From the UHGV virus genome UHGV-1680239: DNA of 53,635 nucleotides, one strand, 5' to 3'. The notes under the pieces are model-generated. The model saw only the letters and a list, made by a program, of their open reading frames with translations. It was not told the DNA's origin and ran no database searches. Positions within the stretch are counted from its first letter, which is position 1; each line of letters opens with the position of its first letter. The stretch comes from a virus. This document shows positions 46,439 to 53,635 of the stretch, piece after piece. The position numbers and the translations under genes are program-made.

Positions 46439-47542
46439 GTGTCACTACTTTTGAATCGAGAGCATACGAACGGTCAGGTAACAAACGCATCGTATGCAAA
46501 AGTTATTGAGACGGTGCTTAAAAGCGGCGTGCAGGCTGATGATCGCACAGGCACTGGTACTTTAAGCACCTGCTACGTTCCCTCTTATTACATGCTTACT
46601 GGTGGGACTGTGCCGCTTATTTCTGGAAAGGCGGTAAATCTTAAGCCACTGCTTGTCGAACTTGAGTGGTATCTGAAAGGCACGGGCAACATCCAATTTC
46701 TCAAGGATAACGGCGTTAAGATTTGGGATGCATGGGCCGATGAGAATGGCGATTTGGGGCCGGTTTACGGTAAGCAGTGGCGTCGATGGGAAGATACCCG
46801 CATCGTGAGCCATAGTGAATATCTGAGCAAGATCGCTACTTTCCGTGAACGCGGGTACAAAGTCGAGGGATACCTGGGTATCAGTGAAGATCGCGTAGTG
46901 CTGTCCCGTGAAATCGATCAGCTACAGCGTATTGTCGATACACTGCGCACGAACCCTACCGATCGTCGCATCATGCTTAACGCATGGAACGTAGGCGAGC
47001 TTGAGGATATGAAACTGCCACCTTGCCACTTTGTCTTCTCTTTGTGGAGTCGTGAGCTGGATTTTGAAACCCGTTTAACGATGGCAACTGACATTGGTCT
47101 TCAACACAGTCGCCTCGGTTACGAGTCTATCTACACCAAGATGCTATACGATCTGGAGGTGGACGGCAGTGTTACTGAAGCTGAACTGGATGAACTTGGA
47201 ATCCCCAAACGCATCCTCAACTCCTGCCTCGTACAGCGTAGCGTAGACACTTTTGTTGGTATGCCATTCAATATTGCTGGCTATGGCATTCTCACTCATT
47301 TTCTCGCGAAGATTACGGGTCACATGGCCGGTGCATTTGTGCATTTTGGCTTTGACGTGCATTTGTACAACAACCACATGGAAGGTGTGTGTGAGCTAAT
47401 GAAACGACAGGCTCCAGAGCATTCAGATCCGGTCGTTATTTTCCCTCATGAATGGTCAGAGTTGGATGATTTCAAATGGGACGAGGTTTTAATTCTTGGC
47501 TATGACCCTCTATCGTGGATCAAGGTTCCAGTGGCGGTGTGA
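46439..47542 (+). CDS. thyA: thymidylate synthase (ThyA-type) with internal insertions
   Basis: DRTGTGTLS, RRIMLNAWN, PPCHFVF and C-terminal ...KVPVAV blocks; 367 aa versus about 264-290 typical; GTG start. Confidence 0.85.
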   Translation: MSLLLNREHTNGQVTNASYAKVIETVLKSGVQADDRTGTGTLSTCYVPSYYMLTGGTVPLISGKAVNLKPLLVELEWYLKGTGNIQFLKDNGVKIWDAWADENGDLGPVYGKQWRRWEDTRIVSHSEYLSKIATFRERGYKVEGYLGISEDRVVLSREIDQLQRIVDTLRTNPTDRRIMLNAWNVGELEDMKLPPCHFVFSLWSRELDFETRLTMATDIGLQHSRLGYESIYTKMLYDLEVDGSVTEAELDELGIPKRILNSCLVQRSVDTFVGMPFNIAGYGILTHFLAKITGHMAGAFVHFGFDVHLYNNHMEGVCELMKRQAPEHSDPVVIFPHEWSELDDFKWDEVLILGYDPLSWIKVPVAV

Positions 47543-47543
47543 T

Positions 47544-47957
47544 ATGGCAAGAGGTATGTATGTCTTATGCGAAATTGAAGGTGTGCTGGCAAATGCCAGC
47601 CATCGTAAATCAGTATCTGACGCGGATGCAGGCCAGCTCATTGCCGGTGATGAACTCATTTTCCCCACTAGCCGTATGTTGCGTGGTTTTGCTCGCTCAG
47701 GGGCTGAAGTGGTGCTTATCAGTAGCCGCTCTGAAACTCTTGAAGCGCCCACTAAACGATGGCTGAAAGATTTTGGCGTTGATTACGACTGGCTTTATCT
47801 CGTACCGAATGGCACCAGTTATGAGAAGCATATTAAGCGCACATTAGCGGAGCATAAAGGCGATCTGCTTATCGCTGCGCTGGTGCACGATCCTCGACTC
47901 CGTGCCGCTTTAGCCGACTCTCACCATCGACCGGTCATCTATGAGGTGAGCAAATGA
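47544..47957 (+). CDS. hypothetical protein
   Basis: ATG one nt after the thyA stop; stop overlaps the DHFR start; function unassigned. Confidence 0.4.
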   Translation: MARGMYVLCEIEGVLANASHRKSVSDADAGQLIAGDELIFPTSRMLRGFARSGAEVVLISSRSETLEAPTKRWLKDFGVDYDWLYLVPNGTSYEKHIKRTLAEHKGDLLIAALVHDPRLRAALADSHHRPVIYEVSK

Positions 47958-48430
47958 AGATGATCGCTGCTGTTGGCCGTAACTATGAGATCGGCATAGC
48001 GAATGAACTCCCCTGGCGTTGTTCTACCGATCTGAAGCTATTTAAGAGACTCACCAAAAACGCCACTGTCGTTATGGGGCGTAAAACGATGGAAAGTCTC
48101 AAACGCCCTCTTCCAGAGCGTCATAACCTCGTTTTGACGCGCTCTCATGGCTTTGTACCAAATGGATTCTACCCTGCTGGTGTGGATGATGTGTTGCGAT
48201 TACCAGAGCCTGTGTGGGTGATTGGCGGGGAACAAATTTACTCGCTATTCATGCCGCATGTTGAAGAGATTTGGCTCTCCCACATCGGCGTTGATGTACC
48301 AAACGCCGATGCATTCTTCCCGGCAAGCATGATGCGTAACTTAGGCTTTGTGCCTGTTGAAACAGCTTATACCCAACGAGCCAGCGAGGAAGAGCCTGGC
48401 TTTTCGCAGATCGTATACAGAAGGTCGTAA
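47954..48430 (+). CDS. dihydrofolate reductase
   Basis: 158 aa; N-terminal MIAAVGRNYEIGIANELPWR and a later Gly-Gly NADPH-binding pattern. Confidence 0.8.
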   Translation: MKMIAAVGRNYEIGIANELPWRCSTDLKLFKRLTKNATVVMGRKTMESLKRPLPERHNLVLTRSHGFVPNGFYPAGVDDVLRLPEPVWVIGGEQIYSLFMPHVEEIWLSHIGVDVPNADAFFPASMMRNLGFVPVETAYTQRASEEEPGFSQIVYRRS

Positions 48431-49074
48431 TGGATTACCGGATTGGGATCACTGGTGCTCAGGGCAGTGGGAAAACAACCCTGGCTAAATATATCGACAA
48501 ACATTACGGAATCCCTTACGTGGATGCTGGTGTCGGAAGTTTGATGAGCCGCCTCGGTGTTCGAGTAGGTGATTCTATGCCTCTATATGAGCGGCTTCAG
48601 ATTCAAATGGAAATAGCAAAGCATATAGAGCTACTTACGCGTGGTGTTGAAGGCTTTGTTATCGATCGCACACCTGCTGATGTTATGGCCTACACGTTGG
48701 ATTTGGTCGGCCATACCAATGAAGATCGGTGTATTGAGTTAGCCCTCGATATCGAAAAGTTTTGCCACAAAACTGCTATTTCAAACTTTAACGCCATTGC
48801 TGGCTTACGCCCGGGAGTCGCTCTCTCAGAGCGAGATTACTTGCGATCACAACGAGCATCATTAGACCGTCTGTATGTCGCTCGTATTGATGCGTTGATG
48901 TGCGGGGAACTGACAAAAATTCACCTGCATCCGCAAAGGGGAGATCTGCAAACCTTCGTCGTTTCCAACCGATATCGCACAGTTGAAGCAAGAGCCAGAT
49001 CAGTAATGAGAATGCTCGATAACGCGGTAGAAAAGATAGAAAACCTCTTCTGTGGCCGAGTGACCGTTCATTAG
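48430..49074 (+). CDS. P-loop nucleotide/nucleoside kinase-like protein (possible dNMP kinase)
   Basis: N-terminal Walker A GITGAQGSGKTT; about 214 aa; sits among nucleotide-metabolism genes. Confidence 0.5.
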   Translation: MDYRIGITGAQGSGKTTLAKYIDKHYGIPYVDAGVGSLMSRLGVRVGDSMPLYERLQIQMEIAKHIELLTRGVEGFVIDRTPADVMAYTLDLVGHTNEDRCIELALDIEKFCHKTAISNFNAIAGLRPGVALSERDYLRSQRASLDRLYVARIDALMCGELTKIHLHPQRGDLQTFVVSNRYRTVEARARSVMRMLDNAVEKIENLFCGRVTVH

Positions 49075-49135
49075 AAATTGTTCGCCTCTTCGACATTGCG
49101 ACAATAAAACTCTCAAAATGGGTTAAGGATAAAAA

Positions 49136-49555
49136 ATGTTTAGTGAAATGTTGCTTGAAGATGAACTGGATCGGAAAACAACAGAGGCTTTGATTCGTGT
49201 AGCGGACGAACATTCCCGGTCGCTTATGAGCGATCGAGAGGCTCGTCTGGCTATTCGTGCCATATTCGAAACTGTGCAGGGGCTTGTTGGCGCACAAGTA
49301 GGTGAAGCCATTAACATCGCCATGTCTCAGTTCAGTGAAGACAGTAAAAAGCCTCTGTTTCCTATGCATTTGATGCTGGCTGGTGGCACGGTGCTTTATA
49401 TCTCTGTTTGTCTGGATAGCAACCAAATCAACATTCTCAACACGGCGTCAGGTAAGTGGAAAGATCCGGTTGTCTGTGAAACCAGTGAAGAAACTTTGAA
49501 AAAAGCGGCTCAATTTGTACGTAGCGCACTACTTAAGGGCGCTAAGAAGTTGTAA
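49136..49555 (+). CDS. hypothetical protein
   Basis: 139-aa ORF with RBS. Confidence 0.45.
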   Translation: MFSEMLLEDELDRKTTEALIRVADEHSRSLMSDREARLAIRAIFETVQGLVGAQVGEAINIAMSQFSEDSKKPLFPMHLMLAGGTVLYISVCLDSNQINILNTASGKWKDPVVCETSEETLKKAAQFVRSALLKGAKKL

Positions 49556-49564
49556 GGAGTTCTG

Positions 49565-50122
49565 ATGACAACGATTGTTGCAGGCATCGATATCGAGTCT
49601 ACGGGACTGGATTTCCTTGCTGGTCATAAAATTATTGAAATCGCAATTACCCGCTATGAACTGGAGACACAGAGACATATTGATAGTCTGGAGATGCGTT
49701 TTAACCCTCGCAGAAACATAGATCCGAAAGCTCAAGCCGTTCATGGCATTTCATTGGAACAGCTCGCAGCTGAACCTTTGTTGTCAAATCATGCCAGCGA
49801 AATTGGCGCTTATATGGGGGCATGTAGTGCGTGGATTGCTCATAACGGCGAAGCGTTTGATATACCATTTATTCGACACGAGTTTTCAGGGTATGGAGTA
49901 AGACTGCCAGACGTTCCTGTTATAGATACTATGTTATCGGGATTGTGGGCCACAGAAGACGGTAAACGTCCACGCCTTGAAGAGTTGGCCTTCTCTCTTG
50001 GCTTTATATACGATCATGCCAAAGCACATAGTGCCTTATATGACACAAAATTAATGATGCAATGCTTCTTTAAGGCACGTAATAAGTACGGATTTTTTAA
50101 ATTACCCTCTGAAATTGTGTAA
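49565..50122 (+). CDS. DnaQ-like 3'-5' exonuclease (DEDDh; Pol III epsilon-like proofreading subunit)
   Basis: Exo I GIDIESTG, Exo II HNGEAFDIPFI, Exo III HSALYDT. Confidence 0.8.
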   Translation: MTTIVAGIDIESTGLDFLAGHKIIEIAITRYELETQRHIDSLEMRFNPRRNIDPKAQAVHGISLEQLAAEPLLSNHASEIGAYMGACSAWIAHNGEAFDIPFIRHEFSGYGVRLPDVPVIDTMLSGLWATEDGKRPRLEELAFSLGFIYDHAKAHSALYDTKLMMQCFFKARNKYGFFKLPSEIV

Positions 50123-50126
50123 AACA

Positions 50127-50165
50127 AAAGCCTACTTTAAAAAGTTTAAAGTAGGCTTTCTTTTA
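50127..50165. terminator. hairpin terminator after the exonuclease gene
   Basis: 12-bp perfect arms AAAGCCTACTTT / AAAGTAGGCTTT followed by a T-run. Confidence 0.5.
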
Positions 50166-50280
50166 AAGAACAGTCGCCTTTCAATCATTTCCTGCCTGTA
50201 TTTAATACTTTTCCGCCTGATAGGTTTAGTCAAAATGTAGCCATCGAAACGCAAATGTAACCAAACAGAAGGAGACTTAC

Positions 50281-51090
50281 ATGAGTTCGGTTGAAAATGT
50301 AATGACAAATGATGATCTGGACGAGCTGACAGCCATGTTGCAATCACTTGATGAACCAGTAAAAAAAGCTGCACAGGTTGAAAATACTGATGATATTGAC
50401 GATCTGCTGCTCGGCCTAGATGCTGGCGTAGCCATGAGTTCTGATGATGTTGCCGAAGAACTGTTCAATGAAGAAAAAGCAGGTGATTTCAGCTCTGCTT
50501 TAAATGAGTTGGAGTTAGCGCATGAGCCTATAAACGTAATTAACGCTGAAAGTGTTGAAGCTGCCGAAAACGAGCCAGAACAATTGGGATTTATTGAGGT
50601 TGAAGAGTGTGTTGAGGTTAATGATGAATTAAAAGTTCAACAGTCAAATGATAGCAATACAAATAAAAAAGCTCGTACTGCAAGAGGTCCTCGTTTTACT
50701 TTAAGTGATAAAGATGATTCGTTTTTCAATAAAGCGGGCTTAGAAAAAGATATTTTCTTAGACGCTTACGATAACGCGCCTGTCAAAGCAAAGGATAAGA
50801 TATTAAACCTTCTTAATTGGTTTAGCGGAGGTCCAGATATTAGTGTTTACACGGTAATTTCCATGAGACACCTTCTCACAGAAAAGAAGGCTACAAGTAA
50901 TAGTATTAAGATTGCTTTAATGAGCAATCCAGAAAAACCGTATCCGCTTAACACTGCGTCAACTCAGGCTGGGCAAATGATGGCTGTATTTCCAGCGACA
51001 AGAATTGCTGTTAGAGACGGTGGAAATCTAACATTGAACGAAGAATCACCGATCGTTAAGAAGTTTGTCGCGGAGTACACTATTGGATGA
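50281..51090 (+). CDS. hypothetical protein with strongly acidic N-terminal 100 aa
   Basis: 269-aa ORF; Asp/Glu-rich N-terminus; locally AT-rich DNA; just upstream of the Dam-type methyltransferase. Confidence 0.5.
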   Translation: MSSVENVMTNDDLDELTAMLQSLDEPVKKAAQVENTDDIDDLLLGLDAGVAMSSDDVAEELFNEEKAGDFSSALNELELAHEPINVINAESVEAAENEPEQLGFIEVEECVEVNDELKVQQSNDSNTNKKARTARGPRFTLSDKDDSFFNKAGLEKDIFLDAYDNAPVKAKDKILNLLNWFSGGPDISVYTVISMRHLLTEKKATSNSIKIALMSNPEKPYPLNTASTQAGQMMAVFPATRIAVRDGGNLTLNEESPIVKKFVAEYTIG

Positions 51091-51273
51091 CGTTCCCCTA
51101 CTGAAAATAAAGCCCATAGAGAGCTTTATATTGCTGGGTAAGCCAATCACATACCCAGCACCACAAAAACGCGCCAGAGAGCTTCTCGTTTGCATTTCTG
51201 GCGCGTTTTATTTGATTGCCAGACATAAAATCAAATGCAAAAATAGGTAATCACTTACCTATCGAGAAAGAAG

Positions 51274-51867
51274 ATGATTGCAGCCGAAAAAATCAAACAG
51301 CGAAAGCGCGACAACTCTCTTCGTGACCTCTGGAGAACACCTGACTGGCTGTTTTCTGCCATTCAACGTTATCTTGGGGTGACATTTGATGTTGACGTTG
51401 CCTGCAACAAGGACAATGCAAAGCTGCCTAATTTCATAGGCGTTGAGCGTGATGCTTTGAAATCTGAATGGGGACAGCCAGGTACAATTGCCTTCCTCAA
51501 TCCCCCCTACTCCAAAATCTCCCCCTGGATTGATGCGGCTATACGTGAGCAGGCTCGCGGAGTTACAACAGTGATGCTAATTCCTCAATCCCTAGATACA
51601 AAGTGGTATGAGCGTGCAACAGAGTGTGCGAATGAGACGATTATTCTGTCTGGTGGCCGCGTAGCGTTTGTCGAGCCTGACGTCAATCTGGGTCAGGTAG
51701 AAGTAAACATCAACCCAGGTGGCAGTATGCTCGTTGTTTTTCGAGGATTCTGTCAGGACGCTGGGCACTCTATAAGCAAGATCCCTTTGGACGTCATGAA
51801 AAGTCTGGGAGGGTATGATCCTGCGAATGTGATCAGGAAAAAAAGACCATCAAAGAAGGCTGCTTAG
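51274..51867 (+). CDS. phage-type DNA N6-adenine methyltransferase (Dam-like)
   Basis: Catalytic NPPY within FLNPPYS; N-terminal WRTPDWLF typical of small phage Dam-family enzymes. Confidence 0.8.
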   Translation: MIAAEKIKQRKRDNSLRDLWRTPDWLFSAIQRYLGVTFDVDVACNKDNAKLPNFIGVERDALKSEWGQPGTIAFLNPPYSKISPWIDAAIREQARGVTTVMLIPQSLDTKWYERATECANETIILSGGRVAFVEPDVNLGQVEVNINPGGSMLVVFRGFCQDAGHSISKIPLDVMKSLGGYDPANVIRKKRPSKKAA

Positions 51868-51888
51868 TTTGTTCTGGCGTCTGTAATT

Positions 51889-51947
51889 AGCCTGCTTCTG
51901 TATATATAAATAACTACATATTAATTATTAATATACGGAAGCAGGCT
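51889..51947. repeat. palindromic element, copy 2 of 2
   Basis: AGCCTGCTTCTGTATATATAAATAA...ATATACGGAAGCAGGCT; shares stem and left flank (CTGG(G)CGTCT) with the element at 5251-5305. Confidence 0.7.
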
Positions 51948-52028
51948 GTTTTGTATCAGAGACTCCAGACCTGAACATCACTACAGAATCCACTAGAACC
52001 CCTTCCCAGACGCTTTAAAATCGATTTT

Positions 52029-52283
52029 ATGAATCACTTTAAGGAAACTAACATGTCATACCCGACTAATGTCGTTGCGCTCGTAGAGAGCGATTTTCTG
52101 GCCCAGGCCCGTGAAATGATGAAAGATCGCGAGCAGGCTTTCAACTTGTACGAATGGGCAATTAAGTGCTTGCATCTTGGGGAGCATCGCGAACTTGTTG
52201 AACAGCTTTTAGGTGAGTTGATTAACGAGGTGTTTGCCTTGAATGTTCAACTACATGGTCGAGAAAATAATCAATCGAAATGA
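52029..52283 (+). CDS. hypothetical small protein
   Basis: 84-aa ORF (internal ATG at 52053 is also possible). Confidence 0.4.
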   Translation: MNHFKETNMSYPTNVVALVESDFLAQAREMMKDREQAFNLYEWAIKCLHLGEHRELVEQLLGELINEVFALNVQLHGRENNQSK

Positions 52284-52868
52284 TAGATAAGTACAAACTA
52301 TTCATAAAGTGAATTGTAAGTGCTAAGATCTGATAGTTTCCAGTCGTAGACTGGAGACTCGACCTGATGGGTGGGGGATAGCGTCACTGGCGTCAGGTTT
52401 AAAAAAGCTCACTACCAGCGTAGAACCGGCACCGTTTAGGGGTTGGGGAAGGGGGAACCAAAGTGGGCAGAGAGAAGGGTCACTTTATGATTGTCGAGTC
52501 TGGAGTGTTTAGAGAGGTTGAATCCAGTGCTCCCCTTCATAAAGTGTGGGAAGATCTCGGTTCTGGGGTGCTGTCATCCATAACTTCCCAAGTCTAAGCT
52601 GGCAGTAGACTTAGGCCATAACTTTTCAGGTTATGAAACGACCAGGTTGGTGAGGGATTTTTATACTCACCTCCCTGGGAGAGTATTACCTGAAAAGACA
52701 ACCTCTCACTTCGTTCGAGGTGAACTTCACTCACTTCGTTCGTTCAGTTCAGGTTTATAAAAACCTGTTCTGGGAAGTAATTTGTTTATTTTAATAATTA
52801 TTAACACGCACGCGTGTGCGCACGCGCGAGGAAAAAAAATCGGCGCGGCGCTTGATTCAGGAGTTTAT
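52284..52868 (+). other. ORF-free, GC-richer structured region (candidate non-coding RNA locus)
   Basis: No ORF of 60 aa or more on either strand across about 580 bp; several local and long-range complementarities, G-tracts, and an alternating purine-pyrimidine palindrome. Confidence 0.3.
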
Positions 52869-53462
52869 ATGACGACGAAGACACCAGCCCGATCGCAAGC
52901 AAAAACTCGCAAAAAAGCCAAAAACAAAAATTCTCCCCGCACCAATTACACAACGCCTGTCGTAGAGTTCAATCCCCAGCTTAAAACCGTGAAAATCTTC
53001 AGTGATGGATCTTGCCTTAAAAATCCGGGTGGCCCGGGCGGTTACGGTATCGTTCTTCAGTATCGTGGAGAGGAACGCGAGTTCTCAGATGGTTTTCATA
53101 GCACCACCAATAACCGCATGGAGATGATGGGGGCACTTATCGGGCTGGAGCGTTTGAAATATCCATGCAACGTTATTTTACACTCTGATAGCCAGTATCT
53201 GAAAAACGGCATGACACTGTGGATGAAATGGTGGAAACGCAATGGATGGATGACTTCTGACAAAAAACCGGTAAAGAATGTTGATCTGTGGAAGCGTCTG
53301 GATGAGGCTGCAAGTCGACATAATGTTCGCTGGAAGTGGGTTAAAGGTCACGCCGGGCATCGTGAAAATGAAATATGTGATCGACTCGCGAAGATCGCAG
53401 CTTTTTCCGCAGCAGATATGCCTCACAAGAAAGATATTGGTTTTGTTTACAACAAACGGTAG
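52869..53462 (+). CDS. rnhA: ribonuclease HI with Lys-rich N-terminal extension
   Basis: [37 protein letters not shown] and [16 protein letters not shown] match RNase HI catalytic blocks; AGGAG RBS before ATG 52869 (track start 52782 is too far upstream). Confidence 0.85.
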   Translation: MTTKTPARSQAKTRKKAKNKNSPRTNYTTPVVEFNPQLKTVKIFSDGSCLKNPGGPGGYGIVLQYRGEEREFSDGFHSTTNNRMEMMGALIGLERLKYPCNVILHSDSQYLKNGMTLWMKWWKRNGWMTSDKKPVKNVDLWKRLDEAASRHNVRWKWVKGHAGHRENEICDRLAKIAAFSAADMPHKKDIGFVYNKR

Positions 53463-53635
53463 GTAAGTGTTTACCTATCATTTTAAATCATGTATCTTAT
53501 CGGCGTCAGGATGACAATGTGTCGGTAAGACACAGTTCCAGGATGGAACGAGAAAGGCGGGGGGGGGGTTTCCCCCCCCAAACTTTTTTCCCCCGGGGGG
53601 GGGGGCCACACCCCCAGCAAACAACTCTTCCTTCC

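Noticed and set aside
47544-47957. HAD-like deoxyribonucleotidase assignment for the ORF between thyA and DHFR
   Set aside because: The segment CEIEGVL resembles HAD motif I only superficially and lacks the catalytic Asp pair; left as hypothetical.
50132-50374. Minus-strand ORF 50132..50374 (80 aa)
   Set aside because: It overlaps the hairpin terminator and the start of the 50281 gene on the other strand, with no RBS; likely spurious.
5251-51947. Interpreting the two palindromic elements as attL/attR of an integrated element or as insertion-sequence ends
   Set aside because: They are direct copies of an internally palindromic site, not inverted terminal repeats; no transposase lies between or beside them, and the enclosed DNA is the core replication region. 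Recombination or binding sites remain possible and are reported as a finding.
52284-53462. Retron hypothesis (structured non-coding region followed by a nucleic-acid enzyme)
   Set aside because: The downstream gene is a canonical RNase HI, I saw no reverse-transcriptase motif anywhere in the window, and no clear a1/a2 inverted repeats; kept only as a generic ncRNA candidate.

Overview
This 53.6-kb window reads as a dense, mostly plus-strand phage-like replicon with plasmid maintenance functions, i.e. a phage-plasmid. From memory it resembles SSU5/pHCM2-type elements, but that is recall, not a search result. Content in order: a lysis cassette (membrane proteins, putative muralytic protein, overlapping Rz/Rz1 spanins); a GNAT/DUF1778 toxin-antitoxin pair; a ParA plus RHH-protein partition module; a GIY-YIG nuclease gene; a replisome block (DnaB-like helicase, primase, ATP-dependent ligase, DnaE-type polymerase, gp32-like SSB, flap endonuclease, DnaQ-like exonuclease, RNase HI); a four-tRNA island with unusual long hairpins; glutaredoxin; a YafO-like toxin; a tyrosine recombinase with an XRE regulator; a CobT/CobS-like vWA/AAA+ pair; a RecA/UvsX-like recombinase split by a LAGLIDADG intein; an SPFH lipoprotein; a P1-type iteron replicon (repA flanked by iterons, GATC clusters and DnaA boxes); an Mre11/Rad50-like plus RuvC-like recombination module; NrdAB, ThyA, DHFR, a P-loop kinase and a Dam-type methyltransferase. 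I found no CRISPR array, rRNA or transposon. The most notable unexplained signals are a palindromic motif recurring in at least 15 intergenic regions, a two-copy ~75-bp palindromic element 46.6 kb apart, the hairpin family around the tRNAs, and a ~580-bp ORF-free structured region upstream of rnhA. Coordinates follow the supplied ORF track; my hand-derived coordinates for RNA and DNA elements may be off by 1-2 nt. All family assignments rest on motifs I recognise by eye, not on database searches.
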